A stretch of DNA of 63,997 nt, the filler included, from Lenisia limosa (lineage: Eukaryota > Protista > Breviatea), in assembly GCA_001655205.1 (NCBI GenBank). It is 10 parts of 10 records of this genome, joined end to end, with 100 filler letters (N's around TTAATTAATTAA, not from the genome) between each part and the next. Parts side by side here need not be neighbours in the genome. Positions count along the whole stretch, not along the records: positions 42,736 to 59,561 come from LPNZ01005542.1; positions 59,662 to 61,034 come from LPNZ01000189.1; positions 61,135 to 62,859 come from LPNZ01001749.1; positions 62,960 to 63,997 come from LPNZ01005110.1; 6 more parts are not named here. One strand, 5' to 3'. Each line of letters begins with the position of its first letter. The first letter of the stretch is position 1. The notes beneath the pieces are model-generated. The model ran no database searches, had not been told where the DNA came from, and saw only the letters and a list, made by a program, of their open reading frames with translations. Position numbers and translations under genes: made by a program. Shown one piece after another: positions 57,139 to 63,997 of this stretch.

Positions 57139-59547
57139 CTAGAAGCCAATGGAGGTCATAGCACTGAGGCAATGAGTTGCATCCTGGCGCATTTTGGCGT
57201 CAGGGTGGCGTGAGGCGAGGTTCACAAGGTCCTGTTAATCATGTTAATCATGACAATAATGGACATGGGAGTAGAACAGCCATCAACTGAGGTAATTCAC
57301 CCAATCCTGTATTGATCTCACCTTGAGGCCTGAGCGTGCTCTGAGGAGAGGAAGCATATCAGCTCCAAGACAGAAGATCATGTCGCCTTGATGGTCAGAG
57401 ACCCAATGAGAAGAAGAATGCGAAGAGCTAAAGCCAACCTAGAACGGCGTAACACAGACAGATGACTTCGGGGTCAGTCTCCTCGGCACGGGCAATGTCG
57501 TCGCCGAAGATGTTCGAAATGAAGTCCAGCATCTGGGAGGTCAGCATATTCACAAGCCAAGACTTCTTGCTGCTAATGTGGCAGACAAAACCCGGATGCA
57601 AACCGTGTTAGCATTGCTCTTGAGGAAGGTCTTAAAGTTAGCGGAGTTGTCCATGCAGATGAGGAGAGCGACGAAGGCCTCAAGAATGCCTCGACGAAGT
57701 TCATTGAAAAACTCAAAGTCACCAGTGTCGATGGTGGTCACCNNNNNNNNNNNNNNNNNNNNNNNNNNNNNNNNNNNNNNNNNNNNNNNNNNNNNNNNNN
57801 NNNNNNNNNNNNNNNNNNNNNNNNNNNNNNNNNNNNNNNNNNNNNNNNNNNNNGAGCATGGGAAGGGAGTCCTGTAGGTAGCGCTCAAAGTGCATGCCCA
57901 ATGCGGTGCAGAGGTCACCAAAACACGACAAGAGAGCAGGCTTGACGTCGGCCGGGAGGGTCTGAAAAGAGTTAAAAAAAAAGAGAATTCAGAATACTGA
58001 GTGCTTCAAAAAATGCGACAAACCTTGTCCTGGAGACTTCTGAGGAGTGACTGTACGATGCGGTCTGAGATAGCGGACGACTTGACGCCAACAGCAAGGA
58101 CTATATCTCCGATGGTTCCGACAGCAACTGTGCAGACCTGGGGGGTTACGGGGGGAAGTGTCAAACTCGACCAACGGAAGGGGCACTGGTCATGTTGAGG
58201 GCCTCAAGAAGGGGGTCAGCCACGTGCATGAGGTACTTTTCGAATCCTTCCTGAATTGTCAATGAAAACAATCACAAGAGGCATCATATTGGTGGGATAT
58301 CTAGCAATGAGAAATAAAAAATTAGGTTGTATTGGTATAAACAGGACATGAACGCCTGGATACAGTGAATACACCACACCGCCCACCTTGGCGGCATTGG
58401 CAACGGCGCCGACGACAGTCAGGGCGTCCTCCTGTACCTCAGAGGCTTTCTCGCTCAGAATGCGGATCATGAGGGTCTACATGTGTTAACAGTGGGAACA
58501 AAACCAAGCTTCAAAATCCGATAGAACCCATTACGCGATGTCCCCACCATGATAGCATCAGCGTTGACGGCCAGAAGGCTGCTCTCAGACTCCTCCATTC
58601 GGCGACCGATGTTGAATAGCACGTTGCAGAGCTGCGAGACAATCTCGATCTTGGCGGTCTTTTCGGCTTGGGTGGTGACGGGGTGTTTGGACGCGGCATC
58701 AAGACGCTGCAGGGTGAGCCAATGATCGACAACAAGGAAAGGAAGTCGTAATTTCTTGGCTTACTTGGAGGACAGCAGTGATGATGGGGGTGAGAATGGG
58801 GATTTTCGAATCAGGGCATTGGGCAATCATCTCACAGAATGCAACGTAAGCGGCAACCCTGGGATAATGAAAATAGTTGAAGTGAGCAAGATAATGAAAA
58901 TGATTGTGTTACATCTGCCCTGACCAGAACCGGGCCCACCTGAGGCTGGAGCGCCCACTTGGGTTCTCGTCAGCGTCGGGGCGAACAGCGGTCTCAAAGA
59001 GGGCCTGATGGTAATCAAAAGTAATCAAAAGAGTGAATGTTCCGCAGTACGTATCACCATCTCTTTTTAGCCATTTCACTTACCTGGAGGTAGGTCTGCG
59101 CGAAGGGGTCCAAAATTTGGCGGTCGTTGGCAAAGCCGGCAGCGAGGTTGTTAATGGCACCACAAATACGAACGGCAACCTGTGTGTAACGGGACGTGGT
59201 TTTAATATAAATTAGATTGTTTCGTTTCGAAATTTCGCTCCCAAGAGAGAGAGGGGGGGGGGGCAAATACACAAGAAAAAATGGTAACGCTAAAGTTTGT
59301 GGATATAAAGTGCCCACTACCTTAGGGGCTTCTTTCAAGCCTGACAGAAGAGCATTGGCAAGGTCCTGACGGGTGAGGGGAAATCACAAAATTGAGGGGC
59401 AAGAGCAAATAAAACAGCCCCAACCATAAGAAGGTTCTGAGGGATGGCAGAGGCATGGTACTCGCAGATCTGGCCGAGGGTCCAACCGGCAGTGTCACGG
59501 ACATTGGCGTGAGCATCGACAAGAAGGTGCAAGATGACTGGAAGTGC
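57139..59547 (-). CDS. KPNB1: Importin subunit beta-1, C-terminal half (5' lost at linker)
   Basis: HEAT exons NVRDTAGWTLGQICE, VQEDALTVVGAVANA, VCTVAVGTIGDI, DVKPALLSCFGDLCTALG, FNELRRGILEAF. Confidence 0.9.
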
Positions 59548-59661
59548 CTGGGGGGGGGGGGNNNNNNNNNNNNNNNNNNNNNNNNNNNNNNNNNNNNNNN
59601 NNNNNTTAATTAATTAANNNNNNNNNNNNNNNNNNNNNNNNNNNNNNNNNNNNNNNNNNNN

Positions 59662-59700
59662 ATTAATTCACCAATCATTTGCCATACAACTCTGTGCACA
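59662..59700 (-). repeat. GCCGAAGCCG repeat, distal part only
   Basis: ATTCACCAATCATTTGCCATACAACTCTGTGCACA. Confidence 0.6.
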
Positions 59701-60015
59701 TAGATTTTATACATATCCCCGTCCAAAAACGGTGCTTTTTGGGTTTTTACGAGTAAAAATATAGATTTTTTTTCAAAAATAACAAAATATTCAAAATTCT
59801 GAAAACGTTCAATTATGACCCAACTGGTTAATGATTAACAAAATTTTTCATACAGTTTTTCTATCATTTATTATTTTTGTTATTTTTGCCTGTAAAAGCC
59901 TTAAAGCACCGATTATTCAAAAAAAGCACTGATTTATCAGGACTGGATATGTATATAGCTATATATGAAATTTACGTTCTTTGTTCCTGACATTCACCAA
60001 GTAGGACACTGCTTA

Positions 60016-60950
60016 AGTCACGACTGGATATTGACATTGGTGACTTTTATTTACTATAACCTGGCAACCTTGTGGGCTAGTATAATTGAAGGCTCAGCAG
60101 CAGACCTCGATAACACAAGAAGGTCTGCAATATATGATAATATATGATTATATTCATACTCTATCAATATTTATTACATCTCTTATGTGCGGATTTGCGA
60201 AAGGATTTTGGCTACCAATCTTGTTTAACAGATACTATGCGGTTCTTTTTTATTATTCAGAACATTCATGCTGGTGATATACATTTTGGCTCCCTCTGTC
60301 TTCGGAAGTGTTCGATATAAGTTTCACCTTGCCCACGTCATAGCTATCAATCTCACTTACAGTGTTGTAACAACCGTGGCAGGTAAGGATTGGCAAATAC
60401 AGGAGAAGAGTGCCGTTTGCAATTAATCATCCATCTATATCATTCATTTTACTTTACACTGTCGATTATATTTCCTAATTTTCTTTCTTATCCTTAGTAT
60501 ATCACTCACCACAATTCAGCTGGATCAGATGCATGGTTAGAGTACGGCGGTGGAGTTGTCTCAATGCTTCTTCTCATAACAGTGCTTTTCACGTAAGTAC
60601 CCCTCTGTTTTCTTCATTCTAACAGCAATCCATGTCCCATTCACAGTGTTTTAGTGAAAACCATTTAAAAAGCACAACTCATCACCCCCAGGATATTTGC
60701 GAAGATCTCGGATTGGCGGCGACGGCAGGAGTTTGTGCTTCATTCTTCTGTTCTCAAGGAAAACAGGAAACTGTCTAAAAAGGTTGGTCATTGCATTATT
60801 TGTTGGACTTGGCCTCGTTTGAATCTATTGAAGGATGGTGCAGTCTTACCCTCTCAGCTGGGTGTGATGGGCCAGCTACGTAAGGGCAAAATCAATGTTG
60901 ATGACGAAACAAGAAACTACCTCCTGAGTAACTATAGTGAAGGTTTGAGA
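60016..60950 (+). CDS. Hypothetical multi-pass membrane protein fragment
   Basis: Hydrophobic exons ILCGSFLLFRTFMLVIYILAP, WLEYGGGVVSMLLLITVLF, then LGVMGQLRKGKINVDDETRNYLLSNYSE. Confidence 0.4.
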
Positions 60951-61209
60951 AGCTTTGATTGTAGAAAACAATCGCATTTGTCAGTTACTTTCGTTTTCCT
61001 TTTTTGGGATTTGATATTGATTTTTGATCGTTTANNNNNNNNNNNNNNNNNNNNNNNNNNNNNNNNNNNNNNNNNNNNTTAATTAATTAANNNNNNNNNN
61101 NNNNNNNNNNNNNNNNNNNNNNNNNNNNNNNNNNACAAAAATGGGAGAGGATAGAAATGGGAATTAGACTTTTGCTCAAGTTTTATAATCATTTGCCAAC
61201 ATCCCCCCT

Positions 61210-62555
61210 TCCCCCACCAGGGCCGCCATAGTAGATGCTGCCCTGTTGCGGCCAAATGCTGCAGAGAGTTACGGCGGAAAGGGGGGTGTAAACACCCATT
61301 CTGAGAACAAGAAAATAATAACACTCAACTCATCCTTCTTCACACCATACCCATATCCTTTTGTAATGAGAATTGAATAACACGGTATCTGGCCGAAGCC
61401 GTCTACTATAGATTCACCCAATCATTTGCCTTACAACTCTGTGCACACAGCTTTCTGCGTGCCTCCCATGGCAACAAGAATAACAATACACACCTCCACA
61501 TACTCCTTTAAACAACCAATTAACATCACCCCAGACCTGGTGACAACCAATCAACATCACCCCAGACCTGGTGACAACCAACCAACATCACCCCAGACCT
61601 GGTGACAACCAATCAACATCACCCCAGACCTGGTGACTTCCTTGCCTGCATCACATTTCGCATCCAGCGTGGCCTTCACACTCGTCTGAAATGTTAAAAA
61701 CGCAAAAATGGACCCCTAGGTTTAATAAAGTGTGTTCTCCACCATCTCAAAAATCATCCATAGTAGCCTTCAATCCCCCAGGATAGTTACAAAAATTAAC
61801 CCCCCCCCCCCCGNNNNNNNNNNNNNNNNNNNNNNNNNNNNNNNNNNNNNNNNNNNNNNNNAAGGCTAATTGAACTGATTTTGGGGGATCTATGAAGAAA
61901 AGTCGTCGAGTTTTTGTGTCAAAGTAGTTTCCATCCAGCTCTCAGCGGCCAAGAACCCCACCGGTTTAGTTACGGTACCGGAGCGTCCTGGTAATCCTCC
62001 AGCTTGTCCGGTGCAGCCTAAAATATCGCCTGATTCTGAGGGGGGGGGGGGGTAAAAATTACCCTTTATAAAACAAAAAAAATAAATATTGCCAAACCGT
62101 CTTTCCCCACCCCCATACCCATCAAAAAGAGACACGTTGTAACGGAGCACTTAATGTCAAGCACATGTCCATGGAGTTCATTGCTGACATTATCGTCAAC
62201 CTGCTCAAATGAGAATTATTTCGATGTGAAGATGAGAAGGTTGTGTCTTTACAAACCTTGGAGAAGGAGGTCGCGGTGCTGCTCTTACACATTGCGTTGT
62301 AGCCTACCATACTATTTGACCTTGCATACACATTCTTTGACTCTGGGGGGGGGGGCNNNNNNNNNNNNNNNNNNNNNNNNNNNNNNNNNNNNNNNNNNNN
62401 NNNNNNNNNNNNNNNNNNNNNNNNNNNNNNNNNNNNNNNNNNNNNNNNNNNNNNNNNNNNTTGTCTGACAACACACAAGGGTTGATAACAATAAAACACA
62501 CAAGGGTTGATAACAATAAAACAAAGCCTAGGCCGCTTCTGCAGCACCGCATCCC
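61210..62555 (-). CDS. Hypothetical multi-exon gene
   Basis: Minus-strand C-run acceptors (62036, about 62343) and a G-run donor (about 61219); exons ESKNVYARSNSMVGYNAMCK, VDDNVSNELHGHVLDIK, TSVKATLDAKCDAGKE; phasing not fully resolved. Confidence 0.35.
61364..61468 (-). repeat. GCCGAAGCCG repeat, copy with internal deletion
   Basis: AATGAGAATTG...GTATCTGGCCGAAGCCGTC...TTCACCCAATCATTTGCCTTACAACTCTGTGCACACAGCTTTCTGCGTGCCTCCC. Confidence 0.75.
61513..61636. repeat. 31-bp tandem repeat x4 at an intron 5' end
   Basis: CAACCAA(T/C)(C/T)AACATCACCCCAGACCTGGTGA, contiguous with no spacers. Confidence 0.9.
62036..62090 (-). mobile_element. Diverged introner-like 3' module
   Basis: TTTGTTTTATAAAGGGTAATTTTTACCCCCC...TCAG|. 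Confidence 0.4.
62461..62522 (-). repeat. 25-bp tandem duplicate of the introner-associated TTGTTATCAACCCTTGTGTG motif
   Basis: ACACACAAGGGTTGATAACAATAAA x2; same core at 27434-27455. Confidence 0.7.
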
Positions 62556-63884
62556 ATCACCTTAGCGTAGTGGATAAGTTGCTCACAATTCTCTACCCCT
62601 CCGTCTTACCAGTAAGAACAGCGGTGTGATAGGCCAAGACATAGGCCTTGTCTAAGACTTCACCAGCCTGTTTAAGTAAATGCACGGTACTCGTATATTT
62701 GAAGGAAACGGCCAGGTGGTAATGCCACACCATAAACAAGCAAATATCACCCTCCCCCCTTTGTTTTTTTCTGGTTTTTTGTTTTGTTTTTTTGTTTGTT
62801 TGGAGTTTCAGGTTATTTGGTTCGTGATTAGTACCTTTACGCCAATATTTTTCATCGATNNNNNNNNNNNNNNNNNNNNNNNNNNNNNNNNNNNNNNNNN
62901 NNNTTAATTAATTAANNNNNNNNNNNNNNNNNNNNNNNNNNNNNNNNNNNNNNNNNNNNCCCGCCACTGCCGGGAGGAGGACTGCCGCACTTCCAAATTG
63001 AAATGCCGGGTGCGCCGTTTCCCCAGCTGTAATAAGTCTAATTATACATTTTATTAGCTGTTGTTCTATGCTTGCTTAGGAAATAGTACAACAACATAGA
63101 GATTCAGATAGGGGCACACTTTGGAATAGGGACTGTGTATCACTGTTTTGAGAAACCTACAAGAAACCTACACGGGATTGCAGGGGGCCTCCGCTCATGA
63201 AAATTAGTATTCCACCATTCAAATAGTGGTGGATGGTGGAAACTCTTGTTGTCAGTTGTTTTTGTTTTTTTTGTTATTTTTTCAGAAAAAAAAATATATC
63301 TAATAAAAAATTGGCAAAAGGAGGACATTGAGTCATTTCGATTGAGTCACATCAGTCACAGTTGAGTCATTGAGTAGTAAACAGTTTCAGTTATGTGTAG
63401 TTATGTAATTCAAATGTATTAGGTTCTTATTAGGTACAAATTAGGTCTAATTATTATATATATTTATATATCTATCGATATATACAACGATTATGCCAAA
63501 AACAGTGGTGGATGGTGGAAACCGGGTTTTAGAGAGTGGTGGTGGTGGTGTTAGTGGAATCTGGTGGAATACTAATATTTTCTTGAGTGGAGGCCCCTGA
63601 GGCGAAGAATTTTTGGGAGTAGGCGGATATCAACAACATAACAACATTGTATGAGTTGGGGTTAAAAAATTTAGTTAAGTTTTGTTAAATTAACCAGTTT
63701 TTTGCCCCTTCTGTGCCTCTGCTCCTCTTCTCATTCGTCTCCTTCCTTATAATTTATTATTAATTAGAGGAAAGCGTAGAAACGCAAAACGCACGAAAAC
63801 AAAACCTTTTTCCGCCTTTGATCATTCCCCGAGGTTGGTTCGAAGTGTAAATAAAGACTTTGTTTGTGTGTATAATGTGTAGGA

Positions 63885-63980
63885 AATGAGAAATAAAACA
63901 AAGTATCTGGCCGAATCCTTTTACCCCATTGCGCTTATAAGAGATAATTGGTTTTAGTACTTAGTTCACCCAATCATTTT
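63885..63980 (-). repeat. GCCGAAGCCG repeat, diverged copy
   Basis: AATGAGAAATAA...GTATCTGGCCGAATCC...CTTATAAGAG...TTCACCCAATCA. Confidence 0.65.
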
Positions 63981-63997
63981 TTTTTTTTTTTTTTTTT

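Noticed and set aside
61513-61636. CRISPR-like 31-bp repeats
   Set aside because: Units are contiguous with no unique spacers, the context is eukaryotic and no cas genes are present.
1-63997. Bacterial origin or contamination suggested by the FDP, DUF11 and Ig-like domains
   Set aside because: All are interrupted by the same type of spliceosomal introns as BBS1 and CFAP44.

Overview
Intron-rich eukaryotic nuclear DNA (GT-AG introns, standard code), most likely from a flagellated (CFAP44, BBS1) anaerobic or microaerophilic (flavodiiron protein) protist. The lineage cannot be fixed from sequence alone. The assembly is a draft with many N gaps next to G/C runs and nine 100-nt NNN-TTAATTAATTAA-NNN linkers, so adjacency across linkers is unproven. 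Manually spliced genes: CFAP44, a CTL/SLC44-family transporter, a PARP-like protein, an ADCY10-like adenylate cyclase hosting an intronic tRNA-Ile, a DUF11-like surface protein, an S10 serine carboxypeptidase, a bacterial-Ig-like repeat protein, tRNA-Leu next to a non-LTR retroelement remnant, a LamG protein, BBS1, a flavodiiron protein fused to a complete cytochrome-P450-reductase-like diflavin module, importin beta and several hypotheticals. Highlights: (1) the FDP-CPR fusion; (2) homologous sequence ending at the 3' splice sites of unrelated genes (introner-like); (3) a second intron-resident, co-oriented repeat with a C(UUCG)G hairpin; (4) G-run/C-run intron ends and recurrent duplications of splice junctions; (5) a roughly 95-bp MITE family. 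All gene models were spliced by eye, with no database searches.
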